A stretch of DNA of 64,000 nt from Zygnema circumcarinatum SAG 698-1b (lineage: Eukaryota > Plantae > Zygnematophyceae), in NCBI GenBank assembly GCA_037447605.1, contig CM074811.1, forward strand, positions 1,674,001 to 1,738,000, read 5' to 3'. Both the position numbers and the translations under genes were made by a program. Below, piece after piece: positions 1-11,600 of this stretch; position 1 is the first letter of the stretch; the number at the start of each line of letters is the position of its first letter. Below the pieces are notes generated by a model. That model had not been told where the DNA came from. It ran no database searches and worked only from the letters and a program-made list of their open reading frames with translations.

Positions 1-99
1 CCACTGTTTGCCGAGGCGACAGTACCGAGACAAACCTTATGATGAGGTTGGGCGCGGGCGTACGCGATGGTTTTAAACGTGTAAAGTTTGTGGGAGGGG

Positions 100-1500
100 T
101 TTGAGACAAGAAACCTGATGTTCCATGGTTAATTGATTTGGGTGCTTCTAAGCATATGTGCTTGGAAAAATCTTTTTTTGAAGAACTAAAGATGTTGGGA
201 ATTGCACTTTTTGTCTACGCTGCAATAGGAGAAGGAGTGCAGGTCACTCAAGGAGAATCCGTGGAGCTTAAGACCCATGAAAGAAAGAAGAAGAGGATTG
301 TCATGATGGGCGATATCCTTCATACCTCAAGGCTTCAAAACAATTTTATTATTGTAAGCCAGCTTGGAAAGAAAGGGTATGTGTCATGGTTTAATGGAGA
401 GGAGTGTGAGGTGTTTGATCCTATAATCGGGAAGGTTATTTTGAAGGGAATAAAAAAGAATGGTCTTTACCTTTTGAATAGAGGAAATACTCATACCGTC
501 CAAGTGAACACAATCTCTGAAAATCTAGCTGGAGCATTGTAGCGTCGTAGAATGGACCACTTAGGCTCCCAGAGCCTGAAGAAACTGGTGAGCAAGCGCC
601 TTGTAAGAAGCATTAAGGTGCAGATGAAGGGAGCAAAGGAAGGATTTTTTGACTGCCTTGCTGGAAAGGCTCACCGCCAGCCCTTCAGTCACCGGAGTAT
701 CAAGGAGAGCCAAGCCAAGGTGAAGCTCAAACTCATCCACAACGATTTGTGTGGACTTTTCACTCCCACAAGCAATGGAGGTTCAAAGTATTTCATTACC
801 TTCTTGGATGATTTTTCTTGGAAGATTTAGGTTAGAATGCTTGACAACAAAGCTGAGGCTTTTGATGCTTTCAAGAAGTGGCAAGTTGAAGTGGAGAGAG
901 AAACCGGCCTTAAGATCAAGGCACTCCGTTCTTACATTGGAGGCGAGTATATTTTAAATACTTTCATAGACTACTTTGAAGAAATTGGCATAAAGCACCA
1001 ATTTTCTGCCCCTTATTCACCTTAGAGCAATGGAGTTGCAAAGCGAGTGAACCCCACACTAGGGGATATGGTAAGGACCATGCTGAGTGAGTCTACACTT
1101 CCTTTAACATCCTGGGCTAAGGCAATAATGGCAATTGCTCACATCAGAACCAGAATGCCCATCTAGAATTCTCTAGGATAAATTTCCAAAGGAGGTCTGG
1201 AGTGGGAAGGAGCCCACAGTAGCGTACTTCAGAATCTGGGGCGCCTGTTGTTATATGACCGTACTCAAGGCTAGAAGAAACTCCAAATTCGAGAAAAGAT
1301 CCACCCCAAATTATCTGATTGGTTACAATGAGGACAGTCCCACATATCGACTGTGGAATCCATCAACCAAGCGAGTGGAGCGGAGTCGAGATCTCCAATT
1401 TTAGGAAGATCACTCGAATCAAGTCTTAGTGGACTTTACAAGTAAAATCTTGCCAAAAGATTTGTTTGAGATCTTTTATAATTTAGGCAGTAAAGCTTCA
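100..1500 (+). mobile_element. Degenerate Ty1/copia retrotransposon pol remnant (protease, GAG-pre-integrase, integrase core, RNase H C-terminus; RT apparently deleted)
   Basis: WLIDLGASKHMC (copia protease), RRRMDHLG and CLAGKAHRQPF (pre-integrase), LIHNDLCG and GGSKYFITFLDDFS (rve core), SRDLQF, then NQVLVDFTSKILPKDLFE (RNase H end). Multiple in-frame stops (e.g. about 540, 830, 1025). Confidence 0.88.
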
Positions 1501-2083
1501 ATGGCGCGAGGAGCGCATGGTAGAGATGCGCCAATCAGCACCACACCGTCTATTCACATAATTGTAAAGATGGATTCACTGTTATTTGTTATAGCGAAAC
1601 GCTATACATGGGTTGTATAGCCTAGCACGGTAGCACACTTAGTATAGTATGCCACTGGTTGGCTAAGCCAAAGGGGTAGCCAATCAAGGGCTATTACTTG
1701 GCAATTAGGGTTGCAGGTCTGCTAGAGGATAAAGGCAGGTGATAAGGATTGTGAGTGCAAAGGAGGACAAGCTCCCGGGTTCAACAGGCGGCAGACATGG
1801 CCAACCGAGCAGCCAGCGAGCACAAGACAGGGGCCAGGGCAGGAGCCAGCATGGGCGTCAAGGTGAGCAAGGAGCTGTAGATATGGAATCGATTATTGGA
1901 GCAGTGGAGTGCAGCCAAATGAGGAGCTGCGGCTCCTTCCAACACTTAGGCTTAAATAGTGCCTTTTGCTTAGCTTAGAACTTATCTTTCTCCCGTTTGT
2001 TGTGTGCGACAGATCTTGTGTAGGCTGAGTAGAGAAGGTGAGAGCTATGTTAGCTCAAGCATGTTTATTGGGATTAGAGGGAG

Positions 2084-2524
2084 TGTTTAAAGGATAATGT
2101 AAGGCTGAGTGTCGAACATATTCTTTGTAATCATCCCGTTTATTATTAATGGAGTTTTAAGCTTAGAGCTTTCTCCAAAAGAATTGCATCGAGTGCTTCA
2201 TTCCTGTGCATTTTTTGTTCATCTTTGAAATGTCTATCACTACAAATAAAGGAAGATTTGCAAGGAGATCTAGCACTAACACTCACTCTTTTCTACTGCC
2301 TGAATGCTTCTATCATCCCTTTTAACATCTTGCCTAGTCCAATGCTTGAATGATTACTAAACCCTATCCAAGAGGCTTACATTAGAGCAGTCTTTAGTTA
2401 ATCCTCCACGTGTGAGGGATCCAAGCACATGTAGCCAAGCCGCCAAGGCTCCTGGCTATATGCAGCAAGGAGATCCACTACACCACCCGAACCCTTTGAT
2501 CAGTTTTTATCACAACCAATAACA
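2084..2524 (+). mobile_element. Probable 3' LTR of a copia element
   Basis: Purine tract AGAGGGAG immediately followed by TGTT at 2084. An AACA at 2521-2524 lies just before the MULE-derived sequence resumes. No partner LTR or TSD is visible in the window. Confidence 0.4.
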
Positions 2525-2534
2525 AGTTTTAGAT

Positions 2535-2753
2535 TTAGAGCCAAACTATAAGATTTAGAGTATTTCTATATTCCTCACCTCGATCACAGTTGAACACTAC
2601 CCGTTTCTTCATACTACTTCTTGATGGCGAGGAAAACTCCTTCTTGTGTATATACGCCTTCCTGGCAACTTCGATCAACTCCTCCCGCGTAACGGTCTCA
2701 TCTCCTGCTGCCTTGCGCGCGCGAACTGTACAAAGGAGGTGCGGCAGACGCAC
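2535..2753 (-). pseudogene. N-terminal fragment of a MULE/FAR1-type transposase
   Basis: TREELIEVARKAY...RSSMKKRVVFNCDRGEEYR resembles the SREEL...RS...CERGGxYR N-terminus of Mutator-like transposases. It reads inward from the TIR at 2782-3114 and is truncated next to the LTR-like segment. Confidence 0.55.
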
Positions 2754-2781
2754 TCAAAAACCCTAAAATGGGTTTTGAAAC

Positions 2782-3114
2782 TCTGTCAGTTTTAATTCAC
2801 GCCATTTCCGACTGCCGTCCGCGGACTCCACTTTTTTCGCGTCTCGTTTCGTCACGTCACGGTCTCAAACATACTTGTCACGTCACATGTTGCCGCGACC
2901 AATCATGTCGCTCCACGTGTTGCGCCTTTATACCTTATAATAGACGCGCGCGCTTCGTACATTCAAATCACCATCCGTACACCCGACGAAAAAAGGTCTG
3001 TATCTATTCTGAAAAGTATGAAACAGCATTTTTCGCTAAAAAAATCCTTTGTAAAAGCTGCCCGGCGAAAAAGTGACTGTTTTCAGAAAAAGGACACTGT
3101 AAATAGAATTTTCC
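2782..3114 (-). mobile_element. Single long TIR of a Mutator-like element (same family as the MITE at 30017-30878)
   Basis: 2782-3070 is near-identical by eye to 30548-30832. The outer end aligns with the MITE terminus through CTATTTACAGTGT...TTTCGCCGGG. Confidence 0.78.
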
Positions 3115-3190
3115 ATTTTAAAATATGCCCGGCGGACAAAGGGATGTGTCGATCCAAAAAAGGGATGGATTTGTCAGTTCCATAAAAACA

Positions 3191-3350
3191 GGGAGACTGA
3201 TATTTTCACACCTTTTTTGTGGACACACAGACCTTTTTTCACCGGGCAGATTTTATTCTACAAAAAAAGAGATTAGAACCGGGGAAAAGAATCTGGCCAA
3301 CGGAAAAACGTGGGTATTGATCCAAAAGAGGTGTAAATTTACCAGTTTCC
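3191..3350. mobile_element. Small diverged MITE-like inverted-repeat element
   Basis: Imperfect inverted ends (GGGAGACTGATATTTTCACACCTTTTTT ... AAAAGAGGTGTAAATTTACCAGTTTCC), similar to the element at 4051-4197. No clean TSD. Confidence 0.42.
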
Positions 3351-3397
3351 TAATTTTATAACGCGTTAAAAAATTTCACAGATCGGGCCATTAGACA

Positions 3398-3537
3398 AAC
3401 CAGTCGACTGGTTGCCAATCAGTGGCATCCACTGGTTGGAAACCAGTCGACTGGTTGCGAACCAGTGGCGCAGGACAACAACTGAAACAACCATTCGACT
3501 GGTTCGGAACCAGTGATCCAATGGTTGGCAACCATTG
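3398..3537. repeat. Array of short palindromes (AACCAGT...ACTGGTT), block 1
   Basis: Repeated AACCAGTCGACTGGTT and AACCAGTGGCATCCACTGGTT-type units joined by 3-nt linkers. Confidence 0.9.
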
Positions 3538-3769
3538 AATTTCTGAAATTATGCCTTTTTGCAAAAATGGGTCGTTTGTGTTTTTTGGTTGGTTGCCAAC
3601 CGTTGACAACTAGTGTAACAAGCCTGATGCGTACAGATGCGTACGGGTTCGTAGAGCCGAATCGTACGGTTTTACGAGGATTCTGTACGGCCGAACCGTA
3701 ATAGTTTTCTCCGAAACACCGACGGCATTTTGGTAACTGTAGCGTTCAGTTCGCTACAACTAGTGATTT

Positions 3770-4032
3770 AATGGTTGCCAACCATTTGATTTAATGGATA
3801 TAACCATTCGACTGGTTGCCAACCAGTGCCGCCAGATCGAAACAACCATTCGACTGGTTGCCAACCAGTGGCATCCACTGGTTCCAAACCAGTCGACTGG
3901 TTGCCAACCAGTGGATCCACTGGTAGGCAACCATTCGACTGGTTGCCAACCAGTGGTTGCGGACCGAAACAACCAGTAGACGTCCAACCATTGCCATCCA
4001 ATGGTTGTCCAATGGTTGCCGATCCACTGGTC
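3770..4032. repeat. Array of short palindromes (AACCAGT...ACTGGTT), block 2
   Basis: Same units as block 1 (AACCATTCGACTGGTTGCC, AACCAGTGG(C)ATCCACTGG). The asymmetric GAAACAACCA motif shows the same orientation as block 1. Confidence 0.9.
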
Positions 4033-4050
4033 CGAACTGCGAAAAATTTA

Positions 4051-4197
4051 GAGAAAATGCTATTTACACACCTTTTTGTTAAGATACACACCTTTTCTTG
4101 CCGGTCAGATTTTATTTAAAGGTTCTTATGGTATGTGGCGTTATTTTATATAAAAAAGGAGTGTATCTAGACAAAAGGTGTGTAAATAGTAATTCCC
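4051..4197. mobile_element. 147-bp MULE-like MITE
   Basis: CTATTTACACACCTTTTTGTTAAGATACAC at the left is the reverse complement, with few mismatches, of GTGTATCTAGACAAAAGGTGTGTAAATAG at the right. Flanks AAAAATTTA / TAAAAATTA match at 7 of 9 positions as a possible TSD. Confidence 0.62.
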
Positions 4198-5629
4198 TAA
4201 AAATTAGAGTGCATTTAATATCCAATTTTATAACAATTTGAGGCTGCCGTCAAAGGGGGGGGGGGAAGGGGGAGGGGGAAGGATACGAGCGGGAGGAATG
4301 GTAGGGGAGGTGGGAGAGCGAGCCTGGAGGTTATGACGTCACAGAAACCGGCTGGCCACGGTCAAATCCTTCGGTCGTCCTCGAGAAACGCCGCAAAAAA
4401 TAAAAAAATCTCTCGACGCGGATCGCGAATCGCACGGTGGACTCTGCCTCTCTACTTTTATAAGAAGCTTCGACGACCTCTGACTAGAGAAACGTCAGAC
4501 ACTCTGGGGAGAATTAGCCGCTTATAACTTAATTGTGTGATCGGATAAGGTCTTGCGGCTACTTTGATCACGCCCTCATGTCCAGCTACACGAGGGAGAC
4601 ATAACGTAAGCGACAGTTTGGACAGCTGCAAATTATGACTTGGCTTCATGTAACAATTGAGGGAAGAGGGAGCGACAGCTGATAGCTGTCATGGTGTCCC
4701 TTGGTTCGCCATTTTACACGAATGCCTTATCAAAGTAGAGGGTTGCATTAACGCTACTGATTTCAGTGTTCCTGTTATCTTCGAGAACAGTCCTTTTCTA
4801 GGCGCAGGTTTCAGTGCCATATAGCCTTAGAGCATATATAGCCTTGGAGACTTTTCTATACATGCCGTAGGATGACTTGCAAATGTTTCTGCAAATATGT
4901 TAGTAATGAATCTAAATCAATTCTGCCTCTGATTGTTTTGCTCTCATGTTTGGCAATTCTCTCGTTGTCCATCCCAGCACAAGAAAATAAAACTTCTGAT
5001 TTCTTGACATGAGTTTGCAATCGGTGTTTGCTAGGGCATCTCTCACCCAATCTAGCTTTCTCGAGGCATAAGAATATAAGTCTTTCATTGAAGTTAAAAA
5101 TCCTAAAAAGAAAAAGAAAAAGATAGGCCGTGAGGGCCGATGGCCGATGGGCCGTAAGGCAAGAGACTGATGGCGATCCACGCACCCCCGCACCCCCATG
5201 CTGGGAAAATGGCTTCAAGAGATAAAAAAGGAGATGTCAATGTCAGCTGGAACCCGAAAGTTAAGCCCAAGCTGTTGGCCGTTCGTTTCACATTTCACAA
5301 GCAAAACATCACCCATGTGTGATGTTTTCACCGTATTCTGAAAAGTAGCGTTATATACTCCAATTCAATCCTTTGATTATTTTCTTAACAGGGGCTGCAA
5401 AAAAACGCATGAAGCTCAATGCCCTCTTCACGAGGGCACAGTTTTACAAAAACTCAATCTAATGGCCCACACGAGACTTGCTGCAACTGACATAAGTGGT
5501 CACGCCACACTGACAATGGACCCGCCCCCAGGTTGACAGGACAATGCGCAAAGGATGTCAGCGGGACCTGCAGAATCAGCCCGAGCTGGGCTGCATGCCA
5601 TGGTGGAAACTGGTGCGCCCCTTCTGCCT

Positions 5630-8600
5630 TCACGAAGGCTTCGTTATGGCAGCAAATCTGTGCACGAGCTGCTGCACCTCACAGGCGGGGGGTCCTATCC
5701 TGAACATCTCAAACAGAAGTGCTTCCGAGTGATCTGCAAACACTTCCCCACAAAGACCGGTCAACTCAGACGCTGCCTTCATTTCGTCAGACACATTGAC
5801 GGACAGTCTCGGCGCCTAGAGCTGAGAATGGAAACGAAAGCCAGCAGGTGGGTCTGTTCTGCCGCCTCTTCCAAATGACTAATATCAGTCGCAACACCAC
5901 TACCCACGTTAGGGTTGGGTGAAGCACGGAGGTGCTTATGAGGGGGCGGGTTCCTCACCTGGCAGATGGTGGAGAAGGAGCACTGCCTCCTGTGCTGCGG
6001 CTTTCCGCTCCACCCACTCCTTGCTTCGCAGCTGTTCAAGAAGTTGCTGTCCGATCGCCAGCAGGCTTTGCTCGCTCCTAAAGAAGCCACGCGTGCATCA
6101 GGCATCAGGAAAACGTCAAGCAAATTTTTCCGTAACGGAAACTTCTCGATGACCCTTGTCCTTGAACAATACAGGGACTGTGCTGACCTTGTTTCAACAC
6201 ATTTAACATTGCTACACAATCCACAATGGTCTAAAAACGCCAAATAAGGGAAGGAGAGAGGGAAGGATAAGGTAGATGATAGCAGAGAGGGAGAAACAGG
6301 ACTGAAAGGGTACATCAGGGGGGCATTAGCAGAGGGTAACAGAAGTGAAAGGAGTGGCGAAGACAGGAAGCAGGAGAGGGTGAAAGTGAAAGAAAGGTGA
6401 GAGAGAAGCAGGAGACGAAAAGCAAAGAGAACGAGTCGACGAAAAGAGAAGGAGAACAATAGGTGAGAAGGGGAAGAGAAAAACGAGAAAAGAGAGAAAA
6501 GAGAAAAGAGTGGAACAAAGGGAGAGGATGAGATAAAAAAACGAAAGGATAGGCTGAAGCAAGACAAGAAGTGAGAGGAGATGACAAAGTAGACGACAGA
6601 GGAGAGATGCGGGATGAATGCAAAAAGAGGGGGAGAAGAGAGGTGAGAGGAAAAGGGAAGGGGGAGACGAGAAAGACAGAAGGAAACGCTGGTCTGAGAG
6701 AGAGGGAGTCCTCACAAGCTGCAGTGGCCCAGCAGGCGATGAAGCAGCACGTATGCGCAGTTCCTGACACGCAAATTTGCTGCCCCTGCCAGCAGCTGCA
6801 GAGGCTCTTCCAAGAAAGACAGCAGCGCTGGCATTTGTGCAGAAGCACGCTCAATATCCGCGAGGAGGTCTAACAGCTCAACTGTCTCGTCTATACACTC
6901 CTCTGCTCCTTCGTCCTCGTCCTCAACCTGTACAGGCAGTCATACAATCGTTAAATAGTTCATTGCAACAAAAGTAAGGCATACTCCTCAATCTTGGTTG
7001 TGGAAAGAAGGCAAGAGAAGCCCTCCACTAGACTATAGTACTTCAGTATAGAGTTCAGCATATGGACTCTCTTCCATCAGTCGTTATGAAGAAAGGAATC
7101 CTTCAGATGTAAGTTCTCTCAGATGTTTGAAGCAAGCAACTCTTTGGTTTCCATCTGGAAGACGCCAATCATCATTATCCAGACCATAAAATGCCGTTTC
7201 TCTCCCTCATGCCAAGCTTACATTTTGCCCATAGCAGGTCCGCTCACCTCCCTCAGCAGTGCAGGCCTAGCGGCTCGCACAGGAAAATGCAGACTCTCTG
7301 CCTTTGTTTCGCTGCTCAAACGGATCAGCGTCTGCAGTCTCCTCCGTACGTTGTGCACTTCCTCCATTGGAAGAGGCTGCACATCCATCTGAATGCCCAT
7401 CTCCGAGGGCCTCCCATCTGCTTTTTCCAGCTCTGTCAGGAGCAGACGAAGTTTTTTCACTCGGGGAAAAACTTTGGCGGCCCCTTCAAGGCCCCGAGTT
7501 CTATAACGGGAGATGAGGGAGAAGCCCTTCCCGCCCGCGGCAGCAAAAAACCAAACGAGCTCTGCCAGTTGTCCAACCAGTTTAGTAAACTGAGCTCGAT
7601 CTTGCGGCCCCAATGCTGTCAGCAGGTTGCAGAAAGCATCTATGATGGCTTCTAAGGCTCTCTGCGAAATGGTGCTGAGCTGTCCTTCTTGCTGCTTGTG
7701 AGCCGCGGAAGTGTATGCGTGCAGAAGATAGGCACGCATGGAGGTTACAAGTGCGAATGCAGCTGAAAACATTCTCACTGTAACCATCCGGACACTAGGA
7801 TTGGCATCCCTCATGGAAAGGAGTTGCTCCTGCAAACAGAGAACAATCACGTAAGCACCATTAGGTTGGTTGAGTGAGAACCCTCTCTGACCAATATGGG
7901 CCGTCCATCACCTGCACTGCCTCCACTTCCTATCTGCAAAAGTAGGAGAGCATGTTTTCCAGTTTTGTCTTAGTCAGACGTGGTTCTGCTGAAAGGCAGG
8001 AAGGGCTGCACCTGAAGCCGCGCAGCAAGTGGCAGAAGGTGAGGGGTAGCCAGCGCGGGATGCTGCTGGGCGAAGCAGCGGAAAAACTCTGCAAAAACAA
8101 CGTTGGTTTTACCAATAGTTAATGCATCTCTAATAATCACCGCGCTATCATGCCTACACGATAAATGCAACGCCAAAACTCAAGGGTACGTTCTGCAATG
8201 GTCTATCGACTGCATATGGTCCATGAGACAAGATACACAGAGGACAAAGGGAGCGGGAGCAAGGCAGGGGCTTAGGAGATACCGCTTGCAGCCTGGCTAT
8301 CCTTCTCGTCCTCAGAGCAGACGCTGACCACTGCAGCACTCAATGCGTGTGTGAGCGAGTTACTGCCCTGATGCAGCCCAAAAATGGCCTCTTCAAAGTC
8401 TAAGTTCCCTCCCCAGTCGTCAAACCTATCTCTTCCTAAGCAGCCACTTACAGTAACTGGGAAACAAAAGTAAAGGCCCTTCAAGAGGGTTCTGCAGGCT
8501 TCTGCCATAGCTCTGTCCCAAGTATGGAGGCCTGCTATTGAAAGTGATCCGTTGTCACATGCACGGGCGGTCAAATATCTGCAAGACCGACACATGCACC

Positions 8601-11600
8601 AACAGGTCTTGAATGTTTAATGGGGCTCTGAGCTCGGTCACATCATACTTCAAAGTGTCAAACAGTAGGCTCGTAGGGTTACTAATAACATGCTTCAAGG
8701 CCATGAAAAACAGCACTAAAGGAAGAGGATCTTTCTGCAAATGCATGCGAGACATTCACGGGAAAACCTGCTTAACTGACCGAATCCAAAGTATTCCATT
8801 TCTTCAAGTCCAACACATCTACTTGCGCCAAAGGAAATGAACCATGCTATTCAAACGAGCCCAAGAATGAACCTATACAGAGACAGAAAGGGGCCGGGGG
8901 GTGGGAGGCTCAGTAATGTAGAGAACAGACTAAAACCAATTTCTACAGTCATCTAAATGCTCAGCCCTGCAGTAGCTCGCCAAAAAAAATTTACAACCCT
9001 ACGATTTCTATCAAGAATTTGACTCAGCCCCATGCACATTCAGCTCACTCGCCCACCCCCTGAATGACCAGAACATGCCCATTGGCAGCCTCCTGCATCC
9101 TCCCCCCTACCCTTTGTCACTTGAATAAAGGCACGGGGGGGCTCACAGCTGCTTTGCCATTGTGCCGGCAGCGCCCCGGCAGCCGCTCTGAGCTCGGATG
9201 AGCGCACCATGGAGGCGCCCTGCTCGCTCCGTTTGCCGTTGTTTGCTTGAGCCGCCAAGTGTGGCTTTGCAACTGCAGAAGCTGAGAGAGGCCAGCTCTA
9301 TCGCTGCCAGAGTGGTGAGCCCTCTCACAGCATTTGCTGTGCATCTGAAAGCCGGCACGTTCTGTACGTTTTGCAAAAGAGATTTGAGTCAAGAAGACTG
9401 GGCTTAGCACGATTTGCAGAACCCAAGTATGCAGATACTTTTGAAGCTTTGTCACATTAGGGCTATAATTGTGAGTGTCTGCGATGAAGCGTTTTCTTTT
9501 CATATCTTTAGCGTGCATTTACCTCAATTCACATGATGAACACAACGGAAGATATGCTCAGGGTGCTGTTCATAAGCGGCTCAAGAAGATGCTACCTTAG
9601 CCTGGTGTTATTTGCAAAGGACATTGTCATGCAGAATTTCTGTCATAAATAGATCAGTTTACCAACGCTTCATGATGTCTACTGCAACTCATGTTTTATA
9701 CAATGCAATTGACATGAAGTCCATTACCAAAAAAAGCTATGGCTTACTTCGACCAACGGCTTTGCTAGCTCACCCTAGCTAGCAACATGGAGTTCATTTG
9801 GGCACCAACGCATGCTAAATTCAGAAAGTTCTATGGCCTCACCTCCACAACATCGACAGCGGAAGAGAGACGTGGCAGCCTGCCTCGCGGGTGCGTCATG
9901 GAAGCATCGATGAAGTCGATTATGGCGCCTGCAACACCCCCTATTTGGGAGACTGCATATGCTGGAGCTTTCAGTTTGCCTTCGTGTGTTTCTAGTTTGG
10001 GCCCACCCTCTACAGTAATGTCTCCTACAACTTGCAGAAAGGAAGTGGTGAGACGATCTAAGGCTTCCCAAGAGCCATATTGGAGGAGATGCGCACAGAC
10101 CACCGACAAGAGCTCTCCTGGAAGGCCTGCATTTCTTGCCCGTGGCATCTCATATTCTTCCTCTCCTTCATGTTTGCGCTTCCCTGCACCTGTATTCTTA
10201 ACATCCAGGCTCGAATTCTTGTTGTCCTCCTTCCCAGAGGCATTCCGACATGTTTCCTTTGAACTGAGCGACCACCACCAACGTAAGCTTTTCACCACAA
10301 GTCCCTCGAACATTGGTTCTCTCACCTCCGGATCCAAGGCAAGAATAGCCTCCAACATCAAAACACACTTTGCAAAGAGGTCTTCTGACGAACCCGACAT
10401 CTCTGTTGCATCACTCGTGACATTCTCGCCAGCTCTAAGAGCACCACGCCTAACAACTACTCCATTCCTTGAAGTGAGACCCTCTCGGCCTGAACCGTCT
10501 GCCCCACATGCATCCACAAATGCCATCAGCAAATCTTGAAACAGACATGTGAGGCATGCTACTGCAGCGCCTGTATCAGCCCCGGCAGCGATTGCCGTCC
10601 CCTTCAGGGTACCGTTGACATGCCTCCCTCCATCCAGCATTCCTGAGACAAATCTGAGTAGGTTTGTTTGCAGAGAACAAGCAGGCGCCATGAGAACATC
10701 CTTTAACTCCAAGGAAGCCGTCAAGGAGCCTCTATCATCACAACGGCCATTGTTATGTTCCAACTGCTGCTTATCTGCATTATCTGCATCCACCATCACA
10801 GCGTCTTCCTCCTCTGTGTGTTCACATTTTACTCCCACTTGAATGCCTTCGCCTCCGACTTCAGCACCATCTGGCTTGCTGCTCTGTCCATCCAGTGTAC
10901 CTGTAAGGGACATCTGATCTCTTGAAAGTACTCCTTCATTGTTTATTTTTTGTAAATGCGATAATCTGGACAAAGGTTTTGTATGGTCCATGAGCACTTT
11001 CTGGAACCAAACACCTTCATTCTTTGCCCATCCTCTCTTAAGTGCCAAACCTTCTTGCGCTCTCTCAACCACTGCTTTGCCTTCAAGATTCGATTCTATC
11101 TCAGAATTCATGCAAAGTCTCTCGATTAGTTTGAGAAACATTGATGTTAAATCTGATGCCCTGCCGTGCAGTTGAACATGTGCATCAGTCTGCGGCTCTC
11201 CTGCTGCCTGCACCCAATGGGAATGCAACCTCGTGGACAAGGCTGTCAGCAGTGGGAGGAGAAGAGCGCGGGCTCGCCCCTTTAGAGAGAGGTTGCTTCC
11301 AGCTTCTGCCAAAGCCAATTGGAGAGCTGTCACACAAGCATGTGTTTGCTGCCACGTCTCAAGCAAAGATTCGGCCTCGCTTTTCTTGGAAAGCATAAAT
11401 CGAACTTGCCAATAAGCTCGCTGAGAGGCTTGCAGATCCGCATCGCCTGCCATCGGAAGCAATAACCACCGGAATACATGGTCTGCTGTTCTCTCGAGCT
11501 CAACCTCTTCTAAACTTATCGTACTCTTTGAACGCTTGACCTCTTCAAGCTGTTCCATCTCGTTATCTTCAATGCGAACCGAACTATCTTTAGTTTGCTT

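Noticed and set aside
1336-1350. snRNA USE-like GTCCCACAT motif
   Set aside because: It lies inside copia coding remnant, with no downstream snRNA-like sequence.
1471-2034. Nested solo LTR inside the copia 3' region
   Set aside because: Candidate TG...CA ends exist, but I found no matching 5-bp TSD, so the boundaries are unsupported.
3398-4032. CRISPR array
   Set aside because: Repeats are palindromic but there are no unique spacers of regular length, no cas genes, and the context is eukaryotic.
3391-4119. Overlapping short ORFs (WQPVDW / LVGNQS repeats)
   Set aside because: These are translations of the palindromic repeat in all frames, with no coding evidence.
4330-5300. Separate gene between the TE island and the INTS1 3' end
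   Set aside because: TGACGTCA, a G-run and isolated splice-like sites are present, but there is no recognisable or assemblable ORF. It may be UTR or non-coding.
5779-6873. Long Ser/Leu/Phe- or Arg/Glu-rich ORFs
   Set aside because: These are artefacts of the polypurine intron and off-frame reading of INTS1 exons.
9787-10539. 250-aa plus-strand ORF and other antisense ORFs over large exons
   Set aside because: These are shadow frames of INTS1, haspin, DAAT and FARSB coding exons.
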